64,000 nucleotides of DNA from the NCBI GenBank assembly GCA_951406725.2, contig OX597815.1, positions 41,044,001-41,108,000 of the forward strand. Direction: 5' to 3'. Origin of the DNA: Octopus vulgaris (Eukaryota). Under the pieces are notes generated by a model. That model did not search any database and was not told the DNA's origin. It was given only the letters and a program-made list of their open reading frames with translations. The translations under genes and the position numbers were made by a program. This document shows positions 50,876 through 63,519 of the stretch, piece by piece (the stretch's first letter is position 1; each line of letters opens with the position of its first letter).

Positions 50876-51327
50876 AATTAGAATTGATAGCACTGTCATT
50901 AGTTTCTTAGAATTTGATAGTACTGTCATTCATTAGTTTCTTTGAATCCTACTGTTTCATTTTGATAAATATATCAGGGGAAATTCTGATATTATTCATA
51001 GAGACAACCACAAAAGTTTAGTTTCAGAAAACAAATGAAAATGAAACTTTATTCAGAAACAGAATAATTTCAGGTTTTAATTTAGAACACTCAGGGGAAA
51101 ACTTACATAAATATATTTGTGAAACTGTATGCTGCTAAGCCAGTTGGATTATTTATGATGTAGAAATGTGTTATGGAAAATATACAGGATGGATCAGGCA
51201 AGTGAGAACAAAACAAAACAACATTGACATAAGAAAAGAATAAACAACATATTCTCCGAAAAAAAAAATGTTTGGTGGTGGGGGTGTCCATAAACTGTGT
51301 AGCACCCCTGGAAAATGGAACACATCT

Positions 51328-51663
51328 TTTATCGTTTACCTTTTACTTGTTTCAGTCATTAGATTGTGGAAATGCTGGGGCACAATCTAATGAATCATCC
51401 CTAGTACTTTTTTTCTTTCTAAAACCTGGTACTTATACCGAACCTTTAAGTTATGGGGAGATAAACAAACCAGCACCGGTTGTCAAGTGGTGATGGGGGA
51501 CAAACACACACACACATGAAGGGCTTCTTTCAGTTTCCATCCACCAAATCCATTCACAAGGTTTGGTCAGCCCAGGGCTAAGTGGAAGACACTTGCCCAA
51601 GGGATCATGCAGTAGGACCAAATCCACAACCATGTGGTTAGAAGCAAGTTTCTTACCATACAG
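51328..51663 (-). mobile_element. tRNA-derived SINE, family A (diverged)
   Basis: Homologous to 46301-46722. Confidence 0.75.
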
Positions 51664-52306
51664 AAACATCAAAAAATCATGCTACTCCACAAATCTTCCT
51701 TCAGTGCCAGTAACAGCTCATGGAGCTGCTGGCCAGCCTCTCACATAACAGATGATACCCAAATTCAGTAGTGTAGGGATTTCATATCAGGGAATATGTG
51801 TGGCCACATACTGAGGTTCATATGATTGGGAAAATTCTCAACTAACCATTCCTATGTGTAAAAGCCATATGAGTGGAAGTGGAGTTCTGCTGAGACATGA
51901 ACACCCTGTCTGGGTCAGTCCTTCAACTTGATCACTATGCCCAGAACCTTGATGCGAGTGGTGGCATTGGTTCCAAGGCACAGTAGGAAGAAATGAGGTA
52001 GAATGGTATGGCTATCATTAAATAATTAAATAGCAACAATGGGAGAAAAAGGAAAAAAAGGCTCTTTGTCAATGAAAGAATCCAATGTTAATGAATAGCA
52101 ACAATAGAATTCCTGAACTGTATCAAAATGTATAATCTATTGAAATACCCCCAAAACTTGCTTGTTGGTTACTGTAGCAAGTTCTGGATTGTTGTGCTTC
52201 TCTCATATGCAAACAAGATCCCTGTTTGTATATTTATTATACATTCATGTGTTTGCATACTGAATAACAATGTTGTCATCGTTGTTGTCATTATTATTAT
52301 TATTGC

Positions 52307-52518
52307 AGTGAGCTGGCAGAAATGTTAGCACTCTGGGCAAAATGCTTTGTGGCATTTTGTTTGTCCTTATGTTCTGAGTTCAAATTCTGCCATGGCCAAC
52401 TCTGCCTTTCATCCTTTTGAGGTTGAGGAAATAAGTACCAGTTACACACTAGGGTTGATGTAATTGACTATCCCCTTCTCCCTAAATTTCAGCCCTTGTT
52501 CCAATAGTAGAAAGAATT
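52307..52518 (+). mobile_element. SINE, family B
   Basis: gtgagctggcagaaatgttagc (A-box-like) ... gagttcaaattc (B-box-like); multiple copies. Confidence 0.8.
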
Positions 52519-52534
52519 GGTAAAAAGCACCCTC

Positions 52535-52892
52535 TAATGATTCAGGGAACCTGTGAAAGAGGTAGACCCAAGAAGGCATGGGATGAGGTGGTGAAGCATG
52601 ATTTTCAAATGTTGGGCCTCATGGAGGCAATGACAAGCAATTGAGACCTTGAGAATACCTGTCAAGCCAAGTGAGACCATAGTTGTGGCCAATGCTGGTG
52701 TCAGGTCAATGGCACTCATGTCAGTGGCATGTAAAAAAACCCCACTACATTCTTGGAGTGGTTGGCGTTAGGAAGAGCATCCAGCTGTAGAAACCATGCC
52801 AAATCAGATCAGAATCTGGTGCAGCTCCCTGGCTTACCAGTTTTCAGTCAAACCATCCAGCCCATGCCAGCATGGAAAATGGATGTTAAATG

Positions 52893-52893
<1 letters not shown>
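52535..52893 (+). mobile_element. RTE LINE 3' fragment
   Basis: GTCERGRPKKAWDEVVKHDF, 3' UTR and terminal module. Confidence 0.85.
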
Positions 52894-52951
<58 letters not shown>

Positions 52952-52975
52952 CATTATTATTATTATTATTATTAT

Positions 52976-53632
52976 TCTATGTTTGACTTTTGTTTTATAT
53001 CTGTACAAGTTGGCTCCAAGTCTCACCCAGAGACCTCAAGAGACAACAGGTTGGAAGTTCACGTTGTTGTTATGCCTAGTGTGCCATATATTTGTTGTTG
53101 TTTTTTTGGTGTTGTACTAGTGAATGTCTAATACATAAATTTTTTTTTAAAAAGTTTGTTTTAAACCTTGGGATTACATAGAGAGTATTTTGCGTAGGAT
53201 ATGAGCAGTTCCCATGAGCACTATCTTTTGAATTTCTGCCATTTTGGGGTTTCCTAGTATCTGAGTTAGGTAGCAATCAGCCCCTTTCGCTATCATTCCC
53301 AGGGCACCTATGACAACAGGTATTGTTTTAGTCTTCAGGTTCCACATTTTGCTGATTTCTATTTCAAGATCTTTATATTTGCTCAGTTTTTGGTAGGTCT
53401 TGACAGATACGTTTATATCGATTGGGACAGTCATATCAATGAGGAGGCATGTTCTTTGTCTGAAGTCTTTCAATATGATGTCTGGCCTATTTGCATCTAT
53501 CTTTCTGTCAGTTTGAATGGTGAAGTTCCAGAGGAGTGAGATGTGGTCATTTTCAAGCACTGGAGGTGGATTGTTTTCCCACCAGTTTTTTTCATGGGGC
53601 AAATCCAGGTTTTTGCAAATTACCCAGTGAAT
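52976..53632 (-). mobile_element. Dong/R4-clade non-LTR retrotransposon 3' fragment with restriction-like endonuclease, inside a (TAA)n tract
   Basis: Uninterrupted ORF 53174-53602: LLWNFTIQTDRKIDANRPDII...LLIDMTVP...KLSKYKDL...IPVVIGALG (PD..D RLE motif). (TAT)n on both sides at 52893-52975 and 53633-53705. Confidence 0.88.
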
Positions 53633-53633
53633 A

Positions 53634-53684
<51 letters not shown>

Positions 53685-53705
53685 CATTATTATTATTATT
53701 ATTAT

Positions 53706-54095
53706 TTTCATTAGCATCTTCTTTCAATTCTGTTTCCATTTCCTGCCAAGTGCCTTCCTGACACTTAGGGCAGAGAAACACATTGTATACATTGGTAGGC
53801 CATTACAGTAAACACACCAGATTGTTCATTTACAAAGTCGTGTGATAGAGAAAAAGGGGAAGACAGAGAGAAAAAGGAAAAAATACAAAATAAAATGGGA
53901 AAAAAAGGAAAGAAAATTCATAGCGACAAAGCTCTTCTCAGTACATATGACATACCAGTTAAGACAATCTTTTGCACTTCCTGCATAGATGGTAAGCCAG
54001 GGATCATTCTTAAATAATTTTCAGTTCCTTTTTTGATCATTCCAAGTGCTCTTGCAATCACTGGTATTGTAACTGTCTTGAGATGTCACATCATT
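53706..54095 (-). mobile_element. Second Dong/R4-like 3' fragment, different subfamily
   Basis: Minus strand encodes HLKTVTIPVIARALGMIKKG...EVQKIVLTGMSYVLRRALSL*; (TAT)n on both sides. Confidence 0.8.
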
Positions 54096-54469
54096 TTGAT
54101 TATTATTATTATTATTATTATTATTGTCTAATGTTCATTTTTCATGCTGACATATGTTGGACAGTTCCTCAGAATCTGGCAAACTGCAGAGCTGTGTTGA
54201 GTTCCAGTGTTAGCTTTGGTATGGTCTTTATGGCTGGATGTACACATTGTGTACTGAATGCTTTTTCCATTCCACTGGCTCTAAAGAAGTTGCTGAGTAA
54301 CTTACAAAACAAAACAAAAGAACAGAGAAAAAGGAAAAAGAAAGAGTATAAAAAAATCAATAAATGTATTTTGTATTTTGTCTTGTTAGATTTGTATGAA
54401 TTTTGGATGATAAACTTTTAATTCACCTTAGCTAACATTTAATGTTTAAATTTTAATTTGTTTTCTCAG

Positions 54470-54559
54470 AAAACGAAAAGCAGTGGTTCCATGAAATTAA
54501 AACGAAAACGTTCTGAATTACGGAGACACAGTTCCACAGACAAATTTGAGTTAGTTAAG
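54470..54559 (+). CDS. RhoGEF exon, basic linker after DH (KTKSSGSMKLKRKRSELRRHSSTDKFELVK)
   Basis: ttttctcAG acceptor with upstream GCTAAC branch-point-like motif, AAG|GTAGGT donor, 90 nt, open phase 0/0. Confidence 0.8.
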
Positions 54560-56384
54560 GTAGGTATAATTAATTTTTTTCCTATAGGCACAAGACCTGA
54601 AATTTTGGGGTGAAGACTAGTTGATTACATCAACATCAGTGCTCAGTGGGTACATATTTTATCAATTCTAAAATTATGAAAGGCAAAGTCAACCTTGGCA
54701 GAATTTGAACTCAGCACATAAAGCTGGAAGTAATGTTGCTAAGCATTTTATCTGGTGTTGTGCTAACAATTCTGCTAGCTTACCACCTTGAAGGTAGGTA
54801 TAATTGATTAAAAATTATTATTAATAACTAGTTCTGTCATGCTACTTTTATATATTGTATTGATCCTAGAAAGGAAAGGCAAAGAAAACCTTGGCAAGAT
54901 TTGAATTCAGAGAGATGAAACTAAATATTATAATTTATATAATTAAGTGTACAAACATTTTTCTTATTAATCACTTGGAATAGGGGAAATAACACCCATG
55001 ACCTTTCAGTTCTCACTTCAAGACTGGTGAAGTCAGTCAGGTTGATTTTGAGTATGAGCTTCTATAGGTTTCTTGTATATGTTTTCTTTTCTTATCAGTT
55101 TGACCTGGAAAATGGCCTTCAAGCTTTTAATGACTAGTGAGAGTGATGTGGTTGTTTTCTTCAACAACTGCAGGTAAAGATTGCAGAGGGAAGAAATTCA
55201 AGAGGAATGAGGTACTAGAAAGAAAGAACTGGGTGAATTTAGGGGTTAGAGGGAAAACTTGAGTGGACTGGGACAGAGGTGTGAATTGATGGTGGATACA
55301 ATATGGATGACAAGTGGAGAAATGAGTGAGTAAGGAGTAAGTGTAAGGAAAACAGAAGCAGAGTAAAAGTTCCAGTGAGTTGCAGCTCTGAGTAGGAAAG
55401 TAGTTTTTATTGTTTAGCCCTAGGTCAGCCCTGATCAAGCGAGGCTATGATTAAAGGCATTCAAGTTTTGGTATCCTGTCATTTTCATAAATGCAATGCA
55501 CTTAGGTTCACATTTTCAAATGTGTTCTTTTCTAAGAGAGCATAGTGAGAGATTTGGCAGTTATTTCTAGGAGGTTGAGCTACCATGTAAAGACTTCCTT
55601 TTTGGTTTTGAATCCCAAAATATTTAGTGCTGGGAGTTGAGACAGGGATGAAGAGAAGATGAGATGAGGTGAATGCATCAAGTGAATTGATTTTTAAATA
55701 AGATAACTAACTCCACATTTACTTCTACTAATGATGTTCAGGTAGAAACTACAGCCAAGGGTCTACAATTTACTATATGTATTGTATTGTGCTGTTTACT
55801 GTTTAACACCAAATCATTCCTGACTGAGTAGAGCTATGGACAAGCAGCTGTATTCAATCAGCAGTGACTATGCCATCTTTGTGTATATCTTTTGTATAAC
55901 AATCATTGTTCAATATGACCTTCCTTTTCTAGGACAGAATTGAGAGAATTTGTTTGATATTACAAACAGGTTGACAATTAGGAAAACATTGTATTTTGTT
56001 CCCTGGCAAAACATTATGATTATAATCTTCTCAGTTTACCTAATTGAAAATAGATGTCATGTATATGTTGCATAGTTGAAAAAAATAACTGAAAAAAGAT
56101 ATTTAGTATACAATGCAAATGACTCCTGTATTCCCAAGGAATGCTTACAGACTGGTGCATAGCTGTGGTTTCATAGTTATTGGTAGATAAGAAATAAATC
56201 TCCCGCTAGGCAGACTGCTAGTCTATCATGTATAATATTCCTGAATGATCAAATAGTTATTCTCAACAGTGAGGTATACTGGAGTAGCTAAAATTGTTGC
56301 TGAAAATTACATAAAATTATGCTTGCAGTAAATTGGAATCACAGTATGTGAGCTGGTTGTCCAGTTCTTATCTCCCTGTCTCTC

Positions 56385-56787
56385 TCTTGTTTCAGTCATT
56401 TGACTGTGGCCATGCTCGAGCACCACCTTTTGTCGAGCAAATCAACCCCAGGACTTATTCTTTGTAAGCCTAGTACTTATTCTATCGGTCTCTTTTGCCG
56501 AACCGCTAAGTTACGGGGATGCAAACACACCAGCATCGGTTATCAAGCGATGCTGGGGGGACAAACATACACACACAAACATATGCACACACACATATAT
56601 ATATATATATGTACATATATACAACAGGCTTCTTTCAGTTTCCGTCTACCAAATCCACTCACAAGGCTTTTGGTCGGCCCAAGGCTATAGTAGAAGACAC
56701 TTGGCCAAAGTGCCATGCAGTGGGACTGGACCCGGGACCATGTGGTTGGTAGGCAAGCTACTTACCACACAGCCACTCCTATGCCTA
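56385..56787 (-). mobile_element. tRNA-derived SINE, family A
   Basis: Homologous to 46301-46722. Confidence 0.9.
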
Positions 56788-57577
56788 TTTTGTTACTCTA
56801 ATGAACTGGTTCAGATTTAGTTTCAAATAAAGAGGGCTGACCAGACACAAATGCCAACAGAGAATTTGACTAAGTAATCCAACACCATAGTAAGTTGGGC
56901 AGCTTGGCTATAAGTTTAAATGATATTGTAGATATACATCCATCTATGTATCATGTTTAATGACAATACACACTTAACAGGCAAGTTGCTGTGGTATTTG
57001 TTCAAGATAAATTGAAGTTCTTGCTGGCAGTGACTAGCAGGAACACGAGGAGCATTTCAACACATACTTGTCTGATTGAGATTTGTTGTCTCCAGTGCAG
57101 GAAACAGTGGTATTACAAATAGCCATGAGGCTAAGTGAATAATCCAGTTACATAATTGAAGCAGTATCCAAGTAAAATAGCTCTCTATGTAACCTAGTTA
57201 ATATATACATTGTTGACAGGCAAGTTGCAATGGTTTTCATTTGAGATAAAATCTCAGTAGTTATTCATGATATCAGTGGTACATGAGTAATTCTATCATA
57301 CATGCACCAGTGCATGTGTAATTCTGTTTCCTATCCTGGAAATGACAAATCACACCTGGGTATGTAGCTGGCTGAAAATACACGTCACTGATAAGGCTCA
57401 AGTAGTCTGAAATGCATCTGGCATTCTCAATAGCTACTGCTAGGATGATTTTTTTTTGTCTTTTCATCTCTCTCTGATATATACTGTGTTGAAAAAAGCA
57501 CAGCTATAAGGGATCTTATCTTAGATGAAAGCTGCAGTAACTTACCTATCAACAGTGTATATATATTATGATGCATA

Positions 57578-57970
57578 CTTTTTACTTTTACTTTTACTTG
57601 TTGCAGTCATTTGACTGCGACCATGCTGGGGCACCGCCTTTAGTCGAGCAAATCGACCCCAGGACTTATTCTTTGGAAGCCCAGTACTTATTCTATCGGT
57701 CTCTTTTGCTGAACCGCTAAGTTATGGGGATGTAAACACACCACCATTGGTTGTCAAGCAATGTTGGGGGACAAACAGACTCGCAAACACATACACACAC
57801 ACACACATATATATATATAGACGGGCTTCTTTCAGTTTCTGTCTACCAAATTCACTCACAGGGCTTTGGTTGGCCTGAGGCTACAGTAGAAGACACTTGT
57901 CCAAAGTGCCACAGTGGGAATAAACCCGGAACCATGTAAGCAAGCTACTTACCACACAGCCACTCCTGCA
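57578..57970 (-). mobile_element. tRNA-derived SINE, family A
   Basis: Homologous to 46301-46722. Confidence 0.88.
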
Positions 57971-58451
57971 CTCTTGCATAGATAACAATTTTAATTTTAT
58001 AATGCTTCAGTTGCATACACTGGAGTATTATAAATATATATGCAGTAGGTTATGCTTACTTCATTTCTTTCTAACCTTCACAAGTTCTATTTTTGATTAG
58101 TGCAATTTCTTTAAGTCATACCCCACTATTCCTGAATAGTCTAATCTTATGTTTATGAAGATTTACTTGCATGGCAAGTGTTTTGATCTGAGACCCTGTG
58201 TTAAAACTAAAATGATTGCAACATGGAAGAAACATGTTAGCCATTCAGAACCACAAAAATGAAAAAAAGTCCCTTAGACATTTATTGTCAGTGATCAGGT
58301 TGCAATTCTGAGCTATGAAAATTTTGATACTTATATCACAAATAATAAATGTTTAAATGAAGTTTACAGTGTTTGTTGTTTCTCCATGCTGTCAAGTGTT
58401 TTATAAATATATGTTTCTCAGAATCTTTTATGTATGCTCAATATTATCCAG

Positions 58452-58610
58452 ACGGCACTGAATCTACTTGAGTGGAACCAGCATGAGGTCCATGATATTC
58501 TGGTTGGTACTTTGCTATACACTCAACCACAGGATCACTTCTGGACAGCAAAGAAATGTCGCAATTTGAAATTTACTCCAGTTCATGCTCTTTTGCTGAC
58601 ACGTGGTGAG
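58452..58610 (+). CDS. RhoGEF exon, post-DH region, probably a divergent PH-like domain (TALNLLEWNQHEVHDILVG...FTPVHALLLTRGE)
   Basis: atccAG acceptor, GAG|GTAAGT donor, 159 nt phase 0/0. PH assignment is inferred from the usual DH-PH architecture. Confidence 0.82.
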
Positions 58611-58839
58611 GTAAGTTAAACAACAGCATACAGGCATGAACATTACATGTTAAAGAAAAAACATTGCACTCCACCCAATTCTATATATAAGTAGCCTGTT
58701 CCTAGAAGGCTTAAGATCACTACAATCATTAGTGAGAATCTTTCTTGGTGAACATACATAATAAAGAATATCTACCAGTGTATACAAAAATATCACCAGA
58801 CACATACATATACACACATATATGCACATATCAAATTCG

Positions 58840-59296
58840 ATGACTGGCATCCGTGCTAGTGGAGCGCTAAGAGCACCATCTGAGTGTAATCATTGCCAGA
58901 GCTTCCGTGCTGGTGGTACGTAAAAAGCACCATCTGAGTGTGATCATTACCAGCATCGCCTTACTGGCATTTGTGCTGGTGGCACGTGAAAAAACATTTA
59001 AGCAAGGTCATTGCCAGCGCCGTTGGACTGGCTCCTGTGCAGGTGGCATGTAAAAAAAAACACCATTTGAGTGTGGCTGTTGCCAGTATTGCCTGACTAG
59101 CCCTCGTGCCAGTGGCATGTAAAAGCACCCACTACACTCTTGAAGTAGTTGGCATTAGGAAGGGCATCCAGCTGTAGAAACTCTGCCAGATCAAGATTGG
59201 AGCCTGGTGCAGCCATCTGGTTCATCAGTCCTCATTCAAATGTTCCAACCCATGCTAGCATGGAAAGCAAACGTTAAACAATGATGATGATGATGA

Positions 59297-59298
<2 letters not shown>
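58840..59298 (+). mobile_element. RTE-type 3' UTR copy with tandem units, subfamily 2
   Basis: About 5 repeat units, terminal module and (GAT)n tail. Confidence 0.85.
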
Positions 59299-59340
<42 letters not shown>

Positions 59341-59452
59341 ACACACACATACATATGTGTGTGTGTGTAAGAAAAATAAGAAAATGGAGAAGTTGACATA
59401 TAGACATCAATTTATTGAAACAAATCCTATTTCAAACAATATCAAACTCAAG

Positions 59453-59554
59453 GAGCCTACAATTGTTTCCGTGTCCAATCACTTAATTTAAATTAGAAAA
59501 ATTAAATTAAAGGTTCATATTGGATTATAGTTAATTGAACATTTCATCAGGGTC
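59453..59554 (-). ncRNA. Decayed type-I hammerhead motif with long stem II
   Basis: Minus strand: GACC-CUGAUGA-aa-UGUUCAAUUA...(AU-rich)...UGAUUGGACA-cg-GAAAC-AAUU-GUA^-GGCUC; palindromic stem III ACAAUUGU. Confidence 0.5.
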
Positions 59555-60934
59555 AGAACTTGATAAAGAAAAACAAAAAAACTATATCTTAGTGTGTCGA
59601 TATATCATTGGTAGACTCAGCATTAAGTTCAGATATGTGCATTTGTGTATTCTTATGTATTTAAAACAAAATGGTACTTATGTATACGTACCTTTGTTTT
59701 AATTTATTTGTGTGTGCGCAGGTGTTAATGTGTTGAAAAACAAAGGAGCTGTTAGGTTGCCTAAACAATATTTTGATACTGTCAGTTGTAATTAAAAATA
59801 TTTATCCCTAATTTTCGTTATTACTTGTGAGAGTACGAAATGTCAGCAAAGTTTTTTAATCGCTTACGAATTGTATTGTAAGTCACCTGTAAATAAGTTA
59901 TGTAAACAGATTGAATTTCATCATGGTCATGTGCTACATAGTTAAAGTAACCATGGTTTATGCTTTGAATTATAAAAATTAAAAATTAGTATTTAATTAT
60001 TAATACTAGAGGTTATGACTAGGGAACTTACAATATAATACTGGTGGAATATTCTCATCAAAGCATGTGTCAAGTTCTCCGGCTTACCTGTTCCAGTCAA
60101 ACCGTCAAACTCATGTTAGTACAGAAAGTGGGCATTAAATGATGATCACACACACACACACACATTTATTTATTTATTTATTTATTTATTTATATAGTCG
60201 AAGAAACCACAAGTCAGCCAACAGGCACTTGTGTATTTGTCAATAGAGTGGATATATTAATATTCATACAATATATTGTGGAGCTATTACAAGTGATTTT
60301 TCTTATCAGTTTTGTTCGCAAGCGTTATGGAAAAACTCAATCATGGTGATCATCGGAAAACTTGGCCAGAAGGATATGATAATGACTCTCTGTTACTTGA
60401 GATCAGGAAGTGTCATGTCCTGTTTGTAGATTCTATGAAAAACCTCAATGGAAAAACCTGCTAGAGAAGTTCAGAGGCAATTCATCTAGATTTATGACAC
60501 TTGCCCAAAGGATAGAGTGTCTTCACAATGTAAGGGCTATCTGCCTGAGGTTGGGACTTGGGTGTGGGTTGTAGTATGGGGTTGGTCTGTGTGTGTGTGT
60601 GCTGGGAAGGTGGTGGTGGTGTGGAAATGGGAATGGGTGGGTATTTAATCTTAAAAATCATATGTGGATATGTATGTGTACATGTATGTATATGTTTGTG
60701 TGCAAGAAGTTGTGGGTAGTAAACCTTGTGCTGAACCTTCAGATTGTAGTGGTGGGTGTGTTCTGAGGGTGGAACCTCTAACATTTATAATCATGGTGCT
60801 GTCTGCCAGAAAGGAAATATTTGTTTGGGTACTGCTGGGCAGCACTATGATCATCACTTATTTACTTGCTTATACCTGTCTGTCAATGTTGATGATGACA
60901 TTGTTCTCTAGGAGTCTTATCCCACATTTTGTGA

Positions 60935-61310
60935 GTTGATAGTTGTGAAAATAGTCCAATCCTGGAATGGCATGTCCTTGAACACAGATGACAAGGGAAG
61001 TTTCCCATTATGCTGTTGGTGAGTCTGAGAGTAGATGTCTCTTTTCCTCAAGTTTCTCACGTTGGATTAGTTCAGTGTGAAGCCCCTTCATCACAGAGGG
61101 AATGCCAGGTTTGCCAGTTCTGAACAAAGTGTTCAAGATGTGCTGGCTGAATGTTTTCAGGAGTTGAGGGCATGTTCAAGATTGTCCCTGAACCTCTTCT
61201 TGGGTCCCCCATGTGGGGGAACACCAGTTGAAGACTATTTTTGGGAGACTATTATCAGGCATCCTGATAACGTGGCCAACCCATCTGATTTATTATCCCC
61301 AAACCAGATT
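60935..61310 (-). mobile_element. RTE (BovB-like) C-terminal fragment
   Basis: Minus strand encodes IRWVGHVIRMPDNSLPKIVF and a decayed finger HLCSRTCHSRIGLFS. Confidence 0.7.
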
Positions 61311-61545
61311 TGACACTTTTTGAGTTCCAGTAGCAGACACCTGTTGCCATACAGGATTGGGTTTTTCCCATAACTGGTTTCACATATGAGATTTAGGAGT
61401 AAACCCAATCCCAATCCTGTATGTGAATGGGCACCTGTTACCAGAATTCAGAAGGTTGTTTCTTATGGTCAGTTGTAAAGTGACCATTGGTTTTGCACCT
61501 ATAAAGCACTTAGAATATGCCGCTTTTTGGATATATTAACTATTG

Positions 61546-61564
61546 ACATACATACATACATACA

Positions 61565-61598
<34 letters not shown>

Positions 61599-61680
61599 CA
61601 TACATACATACATACATGCATGCATGCATACATACATACATACATACATACATACATACATACATACATACATACATACA

Positions 61681-61716
<36 letters not shown>

Positions 61717-61725
61717 TATATGTAC
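61546..61725. repeat. (CATA)n microsatellite
   Basis: Directly visible. Confidence 0.95.
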
Positions 61726-61767
61726 ATACGTACTCACACATATTCATATATATACAGAAATACATAC

Positions 61768-61980
61768 ATGTGTGTACCTCGTGTGTACTGTTGGCGATTT
61801 TTTTCCCTCTGTCTTCCCTTCTCTGGATCTTTCCTTCTCCTATGTTTCCGATGAAGAGCTCCGCTCGAAACGTTAAACCCTCCTTCTTTCCTTCTTTCCT
61901 GAGCGTCCAATAATACTATATTTGTTCCACGTCCTCGCGTTGTTGTGTTTTTTTGTGCTTTCTTGTTTGGATTAACTATA
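61768..61980 (+). mobile_element. ~210-bp non-coding repeat carrying a minimal hammerhead motif, copy 2 (CpG-retaining)
   Basis: Homologous to 25903-26112; ends ggattaac(TA)n. Confidence 0.8.
61844..61878 (+). ncRNA. Minimal type-I hammerhead motif (U4C variant)
   Basis: GUUU-CCGAUGA-A-GAGC(UCC)GCUC-GAAACGUU^-AAAC; perfect 4-bp stem I, palindromic AACGUU stem III. Confidence 0.6.
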
Positions 61981-62019
61981 TATATATAGTCAATTTAAAT
62001 AAACAATCAATTCAAATAA

Positions 62020-62186
62020 AGGAAAAAATTTAACAGACAACTAGAGGATGTTCACAAGGAATGTATTAGCTTGATGCTAAAAAGAGATAGTTAGATGTTT
62101 CAAGCATAGCTCTTCATCAGAAAGGAGAAGGGGATATGTCCAAAGATGGAAAAGAAATTGCCAACAGCATGTGTATAGTTACATTC
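62020..62186 (-). mobile_element. Diverged inverted copy of the hammerhead-bearing repeat
   Basis: Minus strand reads ...gttggcaatttc...cctttCTGATGAagagctatgcttGAAAcatc... Confidence 0.65.
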
Positions 62187-62250
62187 CTGTCATAAATTTC
62201 TACTTTTTGTTTTACCATTATAAATTCCTCCTGTGTTTCTTCTCTTATAG

Positions 62251-62364
62251 CCTCAACAAGAGAGCACAATTACTAAGAAATTACTGTTTACCCAGCAATC
62301 CATAGTAAGGCAGGCAGCCCTGGTACTGCTCCGAGGCAAAGGAGGGCGATATCAAGCTGTCAGA
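62251..62364 (+). CDS. RhoGEF exon, post-DH region (PQQESTITKKLLFTQQSIVRQAALVLLRGKGGRYQAVR); gene continues beyond the window
   Basis: tttcttctcttatAG acceptor, AGA|GTAAGA donor, 114 nt, open phase 0/0; no stop reached. Confidence 0.8.
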
Positions 62365-63117
62365 GTAAGAAAGTTTTTTTTAGATAAGAGCTTTTGTTTA
62401 CATGTATATTTTTCACCACCAACACCACCACCACCACTACCACTATCACCATCACAATCACGTAGTCACCATTATTATCATCACACTATCACACAACTAC
62501 CATTTTCACCCTTGCTATTATTATTGCCTATACCATCACATATGTCATGACCCCCCACACTCCCACTCATAAACAGCAGGTATCTAGAGGAAAAATAAAA
62601 CAGCATTCATGTGTCACTTGATCAAGCTAAAAATAAGAACCAAACTTTCCTCATAATCCACTCTGCCATAGAAAAAATATCACGCAAAAATAAAATATTA
62701 TTTGATAATGCATGCCAGGCAAAATGCTTGGTGGAAATTTGTCTGTCTTTTTATTCTGAGTTCAAATGCTGCTGAGGTTGACTTTGTCTTTCATCCTTTC
62801 AGGATTGATAAAATAAGGGCCAGTCAAGTGCTGGAGTCAATGTAATCGACTTACCACCTCCCCCAAAATTGCTGGTCTTGTGCCAAAAATTTGAAATCAA
62901 TATTAGATGATGCAGTGCTAGATACACATTGTCTGCAAAAGAAGTTGATTTAATAATCGCTAGGATATTTTTGGTAATAGGTTTTTTCTCAAGCAGTGTT
63001 AAAGTGAAGTTGAACAACAAGAACAACAGCAGAAACAGCAGCAACTGCAATGATGATAACAAAGTGAAAACGAAAGCAATGGCAATGATAACAACAAAAA
63101 CAAGTTTCATCAAATAT

Positions 63118-63519
63118 CTCTCTTTTACTCTTTTACTTGTTTCAGTCATTTGACTGTGGCCATGCTGGTGCACCACCTTTTAGTCGAGCAAATCGACCCC
63201 AGGGCTTATTCTTTGTAAGCCTAGTACTTATTCTATCGGTCTCTTTTGCCGAACCGCTAAGTTACGGGGACATAAACACACCGGTTGACAAACACAGACA
63301 CACAAACATATACACATGCACATTCATATATATATATATATATATACATATATGCGACGGATTTCTTTCAGTTTCTGTCTACCAAATCTACTTACAAGGC
63401 TTTGGTCGGCCCGAGGCTATAGTAGAAGACACTTGCCCAAGGTGCCATGCTGTGGGACTGAACCCAGAACCATGTGGTTGATAAACAAGCTACTTACCAC
63501 ACAGCCACTCCTACACCTA
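63118..63519 (-). mobile_element. tRNA-derived SINE, family A
   Basis: Homologous to 46301-46722. Confidence 0.9.

Noticed and set aside
28202-62364. Assigning a specific gene symbol (ARHGEF/intersectin-type) to the RhoGEF
   Set aside because: The DH family is clear, but orthology cannot be established without a database search and the full-length protein.
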